From an uncultured Candidatus Saccharibacteria bacterium (GTDB lineage Bacteria; Patescibacteriota; Minisyncoccia; UBA6257; WO2-44-18): a DNA stretch of 55,453 bases. The stretch spans positions 1-55,453 of the forward strand of contig CAZWVU010000005.1 of NCBI GenBank assembly GCA_964637575.1, in the 5' to 3' direction. The position numbers and the translations under genes were made by a program. Within the stretch, counting starts at the first letter, position 1. Every line of letters starts with the position of its first letter. The notes beneath the pieces were generated by a model, which was not told the origin of the DNA, ran no database searches, and saw only the letters and a program-made list of their open reading frames with translations. Positions 43,482 through 51,557 of the stretch are shown here, piece by piece.

Positions 43482-43915
43482 AGAAGAAGCGGCCTGATCC
43501 GTTTGATCAGGCGAAGCAGGAAATTCGCGAAGGGTTGAACCCTGGCGCGGAATCGGATACCGGAAAAGCGCGCCGGCTTCGGAAGGCGTTGAAAGGTGCC
43601 ATGACACCGCTCGATGAGGTGCTCAAGGATGTCGCGGATGAGCCGACGGTGATCTGTACCGATCCCAAGAAGAAATTCACGCGACTCCGGGAGGCTGCGC
43701 GGCTGAACCACGAACTTACCCGCTATATCAGAATCCTGGAGAAGCATGGCCACGATTCAAAGCAGGACAAGGCCTTCATTCGGAAGGTCATCCGGCGTGG
43801 CGACGGCGCCCTGTTCGAAGAGTGCGTCTTCGCCAAACAGGTCCGCGAGGCGCTTGCCGCGATCAAGTCCGAAAGTGGCATACTCCGTCCTAAAAATAAG
43901 AGAAGGCTGGTCTGA
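43478..43915 (+). CDS. orphan basic protein (145 aa), gene 3 of the trio
   Basis: ATGA overlap with the upstream stop; GAAAGAGG upstream. Confidence 0.5.
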   Translation: MKKKRPDPFDQAKQEIREGLNPGAESDTGKARRLRKALKGAMTPLDEVLKDVADEPTVICTDPKKKFTRLREAARLNHELTRYIRILEKHGHDSKQDKAFIRKVIRRGDGALFEECVFAKQVREALAAIKSESGILRPKNKRRLV

Positions 43916-43927
43916 TAATACCGATAC

Positions 43928-43953
43928 ACCCCGCAGGTCGCGGGGTATTTTTA
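43928..43953 (+). terminator. intrinsic terminator
   Basis: Stem ACCCCGC/GCGGGGT then ATTTTTAT. Confidence 0.65.
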
Positions 43954-44008
43954 TAGCCAAAAAGAGGGCTGGAACAGGAAGCCGGAATTTGATACACTTT
44001 TATACATA

Positions 44009-45937
44009 ATGGCCAAGGAGAAAGACGAGAAAAACACCCCTAAAAAGGAGGGTAGTTACACCGCTAAAGACATCTACGTCCTGGAGGGTTTGGATCCGGT
44101 CCGGAAGCGTCCGGGCATGTATATCGGCACGACCGATACGGCGGGTTTGCACCACTTGATCTGGGAAGTCGTGGACAACTCGTTCGACGAAGCAATGGCG
44201 GGGTACGCCAAGAACATCCGCGTAGAGTTGATGCCGGGCAACCGGGTGGCGGTGACCGACGACGGTCGTGGCATTCCGGTGGAGGTTCACCCCCAGTCCA
44301 AGAAATCCACGCTGGAAACGGTCTTGACGACGCTTCACGCGGGAGGAAAATTCGGCGGCGAATCATATAAAGTGTCCGGCGGCCTGCACGGCGTCGGCGT
44401 GTCTGTGGTCTGCGCCTTGTCCACCTGGATGCGCGCGGAAGTGCATCGCGACGGAGGCATCTATGAACAGGAATACAAGCGCGGGAAGCCGCAATATAAA
44501 GTCCGCAAGATCGGCAAGTCCAACCGCACCGGCACGCGCATCGAGTTCGAGCCGGATCCGGAAATTTTCAAAACCACTGAATTTGATTTCAAGAGGATCG
44601 TCGACCATCTGCGTCAGCAGGCGTTTTTGACGAAGGGGATCCGCATTGAGATCACCGACGAGCGCAATGAAAAATTGCCCGTATATCACGGATTTTATTT
44701 CGACGGCGGACTGCTCTCCTTCATTAAATATTTGAGCCGCAATGAAAAGCCGCTTCAGGAAACGCCATTTTACGTAAATAAGTCGGCGGAAGATGTGGAA
44801 GTGGAAGTAGCGTTTTTGTACAAGAATGAAACGGAAGCCCAGGAATTGAGTTTTGCCAACAACATCTACACGCCGGACGGCGGCATGCACCTTACGGGAT
44901 TCCGCTCGGCGCTTACCCGTTCGCTCAACAATTACGCCATTGAGCACGACTACATCAAGAAAGACGGCGAAAATCTTACCGGCGACGATGTCCGGGAGGG
45001 TCTGATCACGGTGGTATCGGTGAAATTGCGCGAGCCCCAGTTTGAAGGACAGACCAAGGCCCGTCTGGGAAGTCCGCAGGCGAGAACCGCGACCGAAGCG
45101 GTGCTCAATGAAGCCATCAAAGATTTTCTGGAACGGAATTCCGCCGACGCGCGGCGCATCATCGAGCGTTCATTGCTGGCTGCGAAGGCCCGCAAAGCTG
45201 CGAAAGCCGCGAAGGAAACCGTATTGCGGAAGGGCGTACTCGAAGGCCTGACGCTTCCCGGTAAGCTTGCCGACTGCAGTTCCCGCGATCCGGAGGAGTC
45301 GGAACTTTTTATTGTTGAGGGCGATAGTGCAGGAGGCAGCGCCAAGCAGGGCCGTGACCGCCGCACGCAGGCGATTCTGCCGTTGAAAGGGAAAATTCTC
45401 AACGTGGAAAAAGCGCGCATCGACAAGATGCTTATCAACAAAGAAATCAAAGCGCTCGTAGTGGCGCTCGGCACGGCGATTGCCGAATCCTTCGATCTTT
45501 CCAAGCTTCGGTATCATAAAATCGTGTTGATGACCGATGCCGACGTGGACGGCTCGCACATCCGCACGCTGCTCCTCACGCTTTTCTACCGCCACTTTCC
45601 GCAGATCGTGAACGGAGGCTTTCTCTACATCGCCCAGCCGCCGCTGTATCAGCTGAAAAAAGGGAAGGAGTCCCGGTACATCTATAAAGAAGAAGAAAAA
45701 GAGAAGATCGACATGGAGGGCTGGAGCGTCCAGCGTTATAAGGGTCTCGGTGAAATGAATCCGGAACAGCTCTGGGAAACTACGATGAATCCTGCCCATC
45801 GCACGCTCCGGAAAGTGGTGGTGGCCGATGCCGAGGAAGCCGACCGGCTCTTCGACATCCTTCTCGGCGAAGAAGTGGAGCCGCGCAAGCAGTTTATCCA
45901 GAGCCGCGCCCAGTATGTGAAAAATCTTGACATTTAA
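44009..45937 (+). CDS. gyrB: DNA gyrase subunit B
   Basis: VLEGLDPVRKRPGMYIG, GGLHGVG, EGDSAGG, PLKGKILNVE, DADVDGSHI. Confidence 0.95.
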   Translation: MAKEKDEKNTPKKEGSYTAKDIYVLEGLDPVRKRPGMYIGTTDTAGLHHLIWEVVDNSFDEAMAGYAKNIRVELMPGNRVAVTDDGRGIPVEVHPQSKKSTLETVLTTLHAGGKFGGESYKVSGGLHGVGVSVVCALSTWMRAEVHRDGGIYEQEYKRGKPQYKVRKIGKSNRTGTRIEFEPDPEIFKTTEFDFKRIVDHLRQQAFLTKGIRIEITDERNEKLPVYHGFYFDGGLLSFIKYLSRNEKPLQETPFYVNKSAEDVEVEVAFLYKNETEAQELSFANNIYTPDGGMHLTGFRSALTRSLNNYAIEHDYIKKDGENLTGDDVREGLITVVSVKLREPQFEGQTKARLGSPQARTATEAVLNEAIKDFLERNSADARRIIERSLLAAKARKAAKAAKETVLRKGVLEGLTLPGKLADCSSRDPEESELFIVEGDSAGGSAKQGRDRRTQAILPLKGKILNVEKARIDKMLINKEIKALVVALGTAIAESFDLSKLRYHKIVLMTDADVDGSHIRTLLLTLFYRHFPQIVNGGFLYIAQPPLYQLKKGKESRYIYKEEEKEKIDMEGWSVQRYKGLGEMNPEQLWETTMNPAHRTLRKVVVADAEEADRLFDILLGEEVEPRKQFIQSRAQYVKNLDI

Positions 45938-45965
45938 TCCCTAAAATTATAAAATCTCAACAATT

Positions 45966-46154
45966 ATGGTTAATCGTTTAAAGTCCTTTTGGGAGGAGTC
46001 CAGGCAGGAATTCAAGCGGGTGAATTGGCCGACATTTTCGGAAACGATGCGGCTGACCACGATCGTGATTGTGTTTGCGCTGTCCGTAGCACTTTTGCTC
46101 GGCGTGCTCGATTCGGCGTTTACGTACTTACTCGGAAAATTAATCCACATCTAA
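45966..46154 (+). CDS. secE: preprotein translocase subunit SecE
   Basis: 62 aa; EFKRVNWP followed by a single TM; precedes nusG. Confidence 0.85.
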   Translation: MVNRLKSFWEESRQEFKRVNWPTFSETMRLTTIVIVFALSVALLLGVLDSAFTYLLGKLIHI

Positions 46155-46155
46155 C

Positions 46156-46710
46156 ATGGCGGAAATAGCAACAAATAAACAGCGTAACTGGTACGCCGTC
46201 CATACCTACTCCGGGTATGAGGACGCGGTGGCGCGGTATCTCCAGCAACGTATTGAATCCCTGTCGATGCAGGACAAGATTTTCAGCGTGGTGGTGCCGA
46301 AAGAAAAGCGCATCAAGATCAAAAACGGCAAGCGCCGCGAAGTTGAGGAGAAGGTGTATCCCGGCTATGTGTTGGTGGATATGATTCTTACTGAAGATAC
46401 CTGGTATGTCGTGCGGAATACGCCGCGCGTCACGGGCTTTGTCGGCCCGGACACTACCAAGCCGACGCCGCTTTCCCAGCAGGAGGTGGACGCCCTGCTT
46501 GCGAAGATGAAGCCGACCGACGAGAAGACGAAATTCCGCGTGGAATTGAAAGTGGGCGAGACGGTCAAGATCACCGACGGGCCGTTCAAGGATTACGACG
46601 CGAAGGTGTCCGAAATCGACGAGGAAAAGGGCAAAATCAAGGTATTGGTGCCGATCTTCGGCCGCGATACCGCCGTGGAACTCGACTCGTTGCAAGTTCA
46701 GAAGTTATAA
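46156..46710 (+). CDS. nusG: transcription termination/antitermination factor NusG
   Basis: WYAVHTYSGYE NGN domain; C-terminal KOW GETVKITDGPFKDYDAKV. Confidence 0.9.
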   Translation: MAEIATNKQRNWYAVHTYSGYEDAVARYLQQRIESLSMQDKIFSVVVPKEKRIKIKNGKRREVEEKVYPGYVLVDMILTEDTWYVVRNTPRVTGFVGPDTTKPTPLSQQEVDALLAKMKPTDEKTKFRVELKVGETVKITDGPFKDYDAKVSEIDEEKGKIKVLVPIFGRDTAVELDSLQVQKL

Positions 46711-46729
46711 GGTATATTCTTAGCTACTT

Positions 46730-47158
46730 ATGGCAAAACCAATCAAAGCCAAATTAATTTTGCAGATCGAAGCCGGCAAGGCCAATCCTGCGCCGCCGAT
46801 CGGTCCGGCGCTCGGCCAGCACGGCATCAACATCGCCGACTTTTGCAAGAAGTTCAACGACGCCACAAAGGACAAAATGGGGGACATTATTCCCGCCGAA
46901 ATCACGATCTACGAAGACCGTTCCTTTGATTTCAAACTGAAGACTTCTCCGGCATCCGCCCTGCTCCGTAAAGCCGCGGGCGTGGAGAAAGGTTCCGGCG
47001 AACCGAACAAAAAGAAAGTGGGCAAGGTGACGAAGGCGGACATCCGCGCGATAGCCGAGAAGAAGATGGTAGACCTCAACGCCAACTCCATTGAAGCAGC
47101 GATGCGCATCATTGAAGGCAGTGCCCGCAATATGGGAATAGAGGTGATTGAGAAGTAG
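46730..47158 (+). CDS. rplK: 50S ribosomal protein L11
   Basis: [28 protein letters not shown]. Confidence 0.95.
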   Translation: MAKPIKAKLILQIEAGKANPAPPIGPALGQHGINIADFCKKFNDATKDKMGDIIPAEITIYEDRSFDFKLKTSPASALLRKAAGVEKGSGEPNKKKVGKVTKADIRAIAEKKMVDLNANSIEAAMRIIEGSARNMGIEVIEK

Positions 47159-47210
47159 CGCTTTTGTGGCCTCGGGCAATTACTTTCGGGAAACAGAATA
47201 ACTTTCACTC

Positions 47211-47267
47211 ACCCTCCTTCTCCTCGACAGGACGTCGGGCTTCAATCCTGTCTGCGGGAAGGAGGGT
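47211..47267 (+). repeat. conserved hairpin element E, copy 3
   Basis: Outer stem ACCCTCCTTC/GAAGGAGGGT around the core TCCTCG-ACAGGA-CGTCGGGCTTCAA-TCCTGT-CTGCGG. Confidence 0.8.
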
Positions 47268-47296
47268 TCGTTTTAGATGCTCCGAAGAAATAATAC

Positions 47297-47325
47297 TTGC
47301 GCTCGTTCATAAATTTTCCTACTCT
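47297..47325 (+). promoter_or_regulatory. island promoter 1
   Basis: TTGCGC, 17-nt spacer, TACTCT, then GCAG, T-run, GGAGG. Confidence 0.5.
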
Positions 47326-47352
47326 TACTGCAGTCCTTTTTGTGGAGGTTTT

Positions 47353-47661
47353 ATGGTTCCGTTGCATCCCAAAATTTGGAAGGCCGAGAAAGTACAGAAG
47401 AAATACGAAAAAATTCTGAAGAGCATGGAGGGCGTGCTGCACATCGGTCTTGGCGGCAATGTGAATACCGATATCGTGATCCGCATCGGCGTCGCCACCG
47501 AAGAGGCGGTGGAACTGGTCAAGGCCGTGATCGTGCCGGAGATCGAGGGTGTAAAAACCGAAATCTACTGGCGCCGGGTTGGCGGAGGCGCGCTCGATCC
47601 GGATAAGACAAAACCAGCCTCCGAAGATCCCGATCCGAATGGTCATCCCAATCATTTTTAG
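47353..47661 (+). CDS. orphan protein (102 aa)
   Basis: GGAGG is 4 nt before ATG 47353; own terminator. Confidence 0.5.
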   Translation: MVPLHPKIWKAEKVQKKYEKILKSMEGVLHIGLGGNVNTDIVIRIGVATEEAVELVKAVIVPEIEGVKTEIYWRRVGGGALDPDKTKPASEDPDPNGHPNHF

Positions 47662-47668
47662 CAATTCA

Positions 47669-47700
47669 CCCGCCCCGTAAGGGGCGGGATTTTTAATTTT
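47669..47700 (+). terminator. intrinsic terminator
   Basis: Stem CCCGCCCC/GGGGCGGG, GTAA loop, T-run. Confidence 0.8.
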
Positions 47701-47702
47701 CA

Positions 47703-47731
47703 TTTGCTTTATTTTATAAATCTGGTACTCT
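47703..47731 (+). promoter_or_regulatory. island promoter 2
   Basis: TTTGCT, 17-nt spacer, TACTCT. The 27-mer TCTGGTACTCTATGAGCAGTTTTTTGA (47721-47747) is identical to 48199-48225. Confidence 0.55.
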
Positions 47732-47758
47732 ATGAGCAGTTTTTTGAAGGAGATAGTG

Positions 47759-48151
47759 ATGAGTCGCGAGGTCATGCGAGAGGTGGAGGTGGTGCGCATT
47801 CCGGCCGGCAAAAAGTTGTTCCATGACGTTACCATTTGCGCTACGGTCGCGAGATCCGAGCTGTCCGAGTATCCGAAAGTTCTCGCCCTCGCGCGAACCA
47901 AATCTGGCGATGAGATCAAGTTGGGGATCCCGATGCTGGAGCGCCTGGTGAAAGACGAGGATGGCAACGTCGTGTTTTTCAAGCCGGATGCCGCGCTTCA
48001 TGCGATCTCCGCCGCTCTTGAGGATCGTGAGCGCGAGCAAGACCCGCAGAACAACTTTCCATACAGCTACAGCATCCTGGCCTTCTCTTTCAAAAAGGAC
48101 CGGGAGATGACCGTCCGTTTGCAGACACGACTCGTTGATACGGCCGACTAG
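47759..48151 (+). CDS. orphan protein (130 aa)
   Basis: GAAGGAG upstream of ATG 47759. The track start 47732 lies within or upstream of the predicted transcription start. Confidence 0.5.
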   Translation: MSREVMREVEVVRIPAGKKLFHDVTICATVARSELSEYPKVLALARTKSGDEIKLGIPMLERLVKDEDGNVVFFKPDAALHAISAALEDREREQDPQNNFPYSYSILAFSFKKDREMTVRLQTRLVDTAD

Positions 48152-48158
48152 CTTCAAA

Positions 48159-48190
48159 TTCCCCGTTGCAAAACGGGGAATTTACTTTTT
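48159..48190 (+). terminator. intrinsic terminator
   Basis: 9-bp stem TTCCCCGTT/AACGGGGAA then TTTACTTTTT. Confidence 0.75.
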
Positions 48191-48209
48191 AGGAATATTC
48201 TGGTACTCT
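48181..48209 (+). promoter_or_regulatory. island promoter 3
   Basis: TTTACT, 17-nt spacer, TACTCT; leader identical to that of promoter 2. Confidence 0.55.
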
Positions 48210-48235
48210 ATGAGCAGTTTTTTGAGGAGAAAAGC

Positions 48236-48853
48236 TTGGCTAAGCTGTGCGACAACAAGAGCGTCGGGATGGCGATCATTTTTCAGACGCGGCTGGCGAT
48301 GATCGACCGTGGGAATTATCCGCAGTGCAAAGCTCTGCCGGCCGGGCATCTGGACGGCGGCACCTACACCGGCATGGCGGTGACTGAAATTTCCCAGGAG
48401 ATCGGGCTGGTCATTCCGGAGCGGGATATTGTGATGGTCTTCGACGGGATCATCTGCAATCCCTGCAAGCGCGAGGGCGGCTCGCATCACGACTGGCGCG
48501 TCTACGCCATTCCGGAGGAGCGCCTGCCGTCCGCACTGGGTCTCAAGGCCGGCGACGATGCCAAGCGCGCGTTCTGGGCCGAAGAGAGCGAGTGGCGTCA
48601 CTATGCCGCCCGCACCGAGTGGTTCATTTCCGACCTCCGTTTGAGCTGGGTAGAAGTCGGAATGCTCACCCAAAAGATCTTCGGCGATCCGAAAACCGGG
48701 CCCGTGACTGACGAGGAAAAGCGGCGGTACGCCGAGTGGCAGCGCGATCCCGGTCTGGAGCCCTGCTGGTACTACATGCTTCGCATGGCCAAGTTCTTCG
48801 ACTGGACGTTCCAGAACGCGCCGGTGAAGAGTTGCGCTGCGCGCCCCGTTTGA
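48236..48853 (+). CDS. hypothetical protein with degenerate Nudix-like box
   Basis: TTG start after GAGGAG. GHLDGGTYTGMAVTEISQEIGL loosely fits Gx5Ex7REUxEExGU, but key Glu/Arg residues are replaced. Confidence 0.35.
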   Translation: MAKLCDNKSVGMAIIFQTRLAMIDRGNYPQCKALPAGHLDGGTYTGMAVTEISQEIGLVIPERDIVMVFDGIICNPCKREGGSHHDWRVYAIPEERLPSALGLKAGDDAKRAFWAEESEWRHYAARTEWFISDLRLSWVEVGMLTQKIFGDPKTGPVTDEEKRRYAEWQRDPGLEPCWYYMLRMAKFFDWTFQNAPVKSCAARPV

Positions 48854-48870
48854 CGGGGCGCTTTTTATTT
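48841..48870 (+). terminator. intrinsic terminator
   Basis: 9-bp stem GCGCCCCGT/ACGGGGCGC over the stop codon, then TTTTT. Confidence 0.8.
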
Positions 48871-48878
48871 TCTAGTAT
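48850..48878 (+). promoter_or_regulatory. island promoter 4
   Basis: TTGACG (inside the terminator), 17-nt spacer, TAGTAT, then AGCAG and AAGGAG. Confidence 0.5.
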
Positions 48879-48904
48879 CCAAGCAGACCTTTAAGGAGCA
48901 TCAC

Positions 48905-49489
48905 ATGAGTTGCGGCAATGAGGGCGGATGCGGATGTGGCCATCCCAGCGGAGCCAGTGACCGGGAAATTCTGGTCGCGATCGCGGTTGAGGCGAGTGCG
49001 CTTTCCACCTGCGTGAAGACGAAGACCGGCGCCGTGATCGTCAAAAACGGCATGCTGTTGTCCACCGGCCAGAACAAGTGCGCGCCGGAGGGCTGTGAGT
49101 ACGGCGACAAGGTGGAGAAGTGTCCGCGCGAGGGCATGAAGACCGGCACGGGCTATGAGCTTTGCAAGCCGGTACACGCGGAAGTCGCGGCCTGTCTGGG
49201 CGTGCGAACCCGGGCGCCTTCCAAAGAAGAAATGTCGAAGTTCGCCGGCCACCTCGCTCCCAGCCAGGACGAGATCCGCGCCGCGTTCACGCCCGAGGAG
49301 CTGGAAAAGCTCAACGGCGCCGCGCTGTATCTGGTCGGCCATTACTGGGCCTGCGACAACTGCAAGAATTTCTGCGCGGCGGTCGGAATCACCGACATCC
49401 AGTTCGATAAGATCAGCGGCGAGGTAACCCGGGAACGCTACGAACAGAAGGGACTCACGAAGGAAAATCCGCCTCCCGGTTCGGATTAA
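48905..49489 (+). CDS. dCMP (CMP/dCMP-type) deaminase
   Basis: CKPVHAEVAA (HAE) and ACDNC (PCxxC-like) zinc motifs, ComEB-like Cys-rich insert, Cys/Gly-rich N-terminus. Confidence 0.65.
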   Translation: MSCGNEGGCGCGHPSGASDREILVAIAVEASALSTCVKTKTGAVIVKNGMLLSTGQNKCAPEGCEYGDKVEKCPREGMKTGTGYELCKPVHAEVAACLGVRTRAPSKEEMSKFAGHLAPSQDEIRAAFTPEELEKLNGAALYLVGHYWACDNCKNFCAAVGITDIQFDKISGEVTRERYEQKGLTKENPPPGSD

Positions 49490-49494
49490 CACAC

Positions 49495-49521
49495 AAGCAG
49501 CTCGGTGAGCTGCTTTTTTAT
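49495..49521 (+). terminator. intrinsic terminator
   Basis: Stem AAGCAGCTC/GAGCTGCTT then TTTTTT. Confidence 0.8.
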
Positions 49522-49529
49522 ATCCAACC

Positions 49530-49558
49530 TTGTCTAAGAATTGCAAACCGGGTAAAAT
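49530..49558 (+). promoter_or_regulatory. island promoter 5
   Basis: TTGTCT, 17-nt spacer, TAAAAT; AGGAG before ATG 49590. Confidence 0.5.
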
Positions 49559-49589
49559 TATTTCCAGTGCATTACAATAGGAGTTAGAT

Positions 49590-50237
49590 ATGAACGGCAT
49601 ACTGATCGCGATCGAGGGCTCCGATAGCAGTGGCAAGAAAACCCAGACGGAGCTCCTGGTCGAGCGACTCAAGGCGGAAGGACGAAAGGTATCCACGCTT
49701 TCGTTTCCGCGTTACGGCGAGCCGGTAGTGGAGAAGATCCGGCAGTACATGAAGGAGAATCCCACCAAGGATCCCTACGAGGCCTCCAAACTTTACGCTG
49801 AAGACCGGCTGGACGCGGCGCCGCAGATCCGCGCCGCGCTGGAGCGCGGCGAGACCGTGGTGCTGGACCGTTTCACCGATTCCAACGCCGCGCATCAGGG
49901 CGGCAAGATCGCCGATCTGGCCGAACGCCGGAAATACGTGGAATGGCTTTTCCAATACGAATACCGGGAACTCGGCATTCCGAAGCCGGACCTGTCGCTG
50001 ATCCTCCGGGTACCCGTGGAGGTCAGTCTGGCCCTGATAGAAAAGCGGGGAGGTGCCAGAGACGGACATGAAGCCGATCCCAATCATCTCCGCAATGCCG
50101 AAGCCACCTATGACCTGCTGGCGGCGTGGTATCCCGAAGACCACAAAGTGGTGGAATGCGTGGCGGATGGACAGCTCCTGCCCAAGGAAGTCATCGCTGA
50201 AAACGTGTACGCGATCGTTACTCCGCTATTGCAATAG
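49590..50237 (+). CDS. tmk: thymidylate kinase
   Basis: IAIEGSDSSGKKTQ P-loop, DRFTDSNAAHQG, LID-like region. Confidence 0.85.
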   Translation: MNGILIAIEGSDSSGKKTQTELLVERLKAEGRKVSTLSFPRYGEPVVEKIRQYMKENPTKDPYEASKLYAEDRLDAAPQIRAALERGETVVLDRFTDSNAAHQGGKIADLAERRKYVEWLFQYEYRELGIPKPDLSLILRVPVEVSLALIEKRGGARDGHEADPNHLRNAEATYDLLAAWYPEDHKVVECVADGQLLPKEVIAENVYAIVTPLLQ

Positions 50238-50252
50238 CGGAGTTTTTTATTT
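50221..50252 (+). terminator. intrinsic terminator
   Basis: 10-bp stem CTCCGCTATT/AATAGCGGAG over the stop codon, then TTTTTT. Confidence 0.8.
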
Positions 50253-50257
50253 ACATT
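50229..50257 (+). promoter_or_regulatory. island promoter 6
   Basis: TTGCAA (inside the terminator), 17-nt spacer, TACATT, then AGCAG and AAAGGAAG. Confidence 0.45.
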
Positions 50258-50298
50258 GTGGGTAGCAGTATGATGTTCTTTTAGAAAGGAAGTCCATC

Positions 50299-50922
50299 GT
50301 GCACCACATCAACCGAGACGATCTTCGCAGGATGCGCGAGTATTTTGGAGAGGAGCTTTCCCGGATACACGGAAAACTGGACCGCCTCTTCGCGTTCGTC
50401 GAGGAGATCCGGCGGGACTACAAAAAAGGTCCGATCGTGATCTGTTCAAGTCAGCGGTTCAAGGAGCCGGTGGAGCGGCTCACGGAAATTCTCATTCAGA
50501 GAAATTTCCTCGTGTACCCGCCGAATTTCAAGCGGCATCTCAAGAAAATGATCGTGAAACCGGAGCACCTGCGCCTGCAGTCCCGGTCCTACGAAAACCG
50601 CGTGCCAGCGCTCGCCTACGACCATTTTCACAACCTGCACGTGGCGGGAAATCAGGCGGGAGTCTGCTTCGTCTACAACGAAGACGGCTACATCGGGCGC
50701 AACACGCTTTCGGAGATGTCGATTGCCCACGCCCGCGGCATGCCGGTCTTCGCGCTGATGCCGCATCTCAGCCGGGTGGGACGCAGCAAGCGGATCGCGA
50801 AGGGCGAGATTTACATCAATCGCACGCTGATCAGTCACAACGGCACGTTTTTGAAGCGGCCCGGCAAGAATGGCGCCGATCTGGACGCGCTCGCCGTCTG
50901 GCTGGAGGAAAGAGTCAAATAA
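50299..50922 (+). CDS. nucleoside 2-deoxyribosyltransferase / DNPH1-fold protein (207 aa)
   Basis: GTG start. IVICSSQRF and VCFVYNEDGYIGRNTLSEMSIAHARG resemble the fold's N-terminal strand and the D/G..T..E..A motif. Paralog of 51558..52019. Confidence 0.4.
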   Translation: MHHINRDDLRRMREYFGEELSRIHGKLDRLFAFVEEIRRDYKKGPIVICSSQRFKEPVERLTEILIQRNFLVYPPNFKRHLKKMIVKPEHLRLQSRSYENRVPALAYDHFHNLHVAGNQAGVCFVYNEDGYIGRNTLSEMSIAHARGMPVFALMPHLSRVGRSKRIAKGEIYINRTLISHNGTFLKRPGKNGADLDALAVWLEERVK

Positions 50923-50926
50923 CCCG

Positions 50927-50955
50927 ATCCCCTGTACAAAACAGGGGATTTTTTA
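50927..50955 (+). terminator. intrinsic terminator
   Basis: 9-bp stem ATCCCCTGT/ACAGGGGAT then TTTTTT. Confidence 0.8.
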
Positions 50956-50995
50956 TACTCTGATGGCAGAAACTTTTAGCGGAAAAGAGGCGTCT

Positions 50996-51487
50996 ATGGA
51001 CGACACGCTTTTGAAGAAAGCGCCTGCCCCGCCGGATTTCTCCGATGCCCGATGGCATCTGGTGAAAACCTGGTCGGCGCACGTGGAAAGCTCCGATCCA
51101 AAAGCCATGGAAGACAGAGAATGTGCCGAATCGGACACAAAAAGTCCTTCATGGGTTGGATATGTCCGTGAATTCCAGATGGGAGAATCCGGCCAGGGAC
51201 GCGAATATAATTTTTTCGGAAAAGAAATCCGTTTGAAATACTGGGGACTCAAAGGCGAAACCCGCCCGGGAAAGCGGGGACAACCGGTGCCCTTTTACGG
51301 CTGGTTCGCCTTTCTCCGTGCCGACGGAAAATGGGAAGTGTTTTCCCATGAAAGTTACAGCGCCGGTCTGGAAGCTGAACTCAGCAAGGGTACCGACACG
51401 AAGCGCGTGATCGCGGCCAAGCTGAAAATTTACCGGGTGGAACGCGGCGAGTCGAAGAAGCTCATTGAACTGACTGTCAAACGTTAA
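50996..51487 (+). CDS. orphan protein (163 aa; alternative start 50963)
   Basis: AAGAGG is 5 nt before ATG 50996. ATG 50963 is only 3 nt after the -10-like TATACT. Confidence 0.45.
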   Translation: MDDTLLKKAPAPPDFSDARWHLVKTWSAHVESSDPKAMEDRECAESDTKSPSWVGYVREFQMGESGQGREYNFFGKEIRLKYWGLKGETRPGKRGQPVPFYGWFAFLRADGKWEVFSHESYSAGLEAELSKGTDTKRVIAAKLKIYRVERGESKKLIELTVKR

Positions 51488-51493
51488 GCCCGC

Positions 51494-51521
51494 AATCCGC
51501 TTGTCACCAAGCGGATTTTTA
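51494..51521 (+). terminator. intrinsic terminator
   Basis: 9-bp stem AATCCGCTT/AAGCGGATT then TTTTT. Confidence 0.8.
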
Positions 51522-51529
51522 TGCATACT
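51501..51529 (+). promoter_or_regulatory. island promoter 7
   Basis: TTGTCA (inside the terminator), 17-nt spacer, CATACT, then GGGAGCAG, T-run, GAGGAG. Confidence 0.55.
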
Positions 51530-51557
51530 GGGAGCAGATTTTTTAGAGGAGAAAGCC

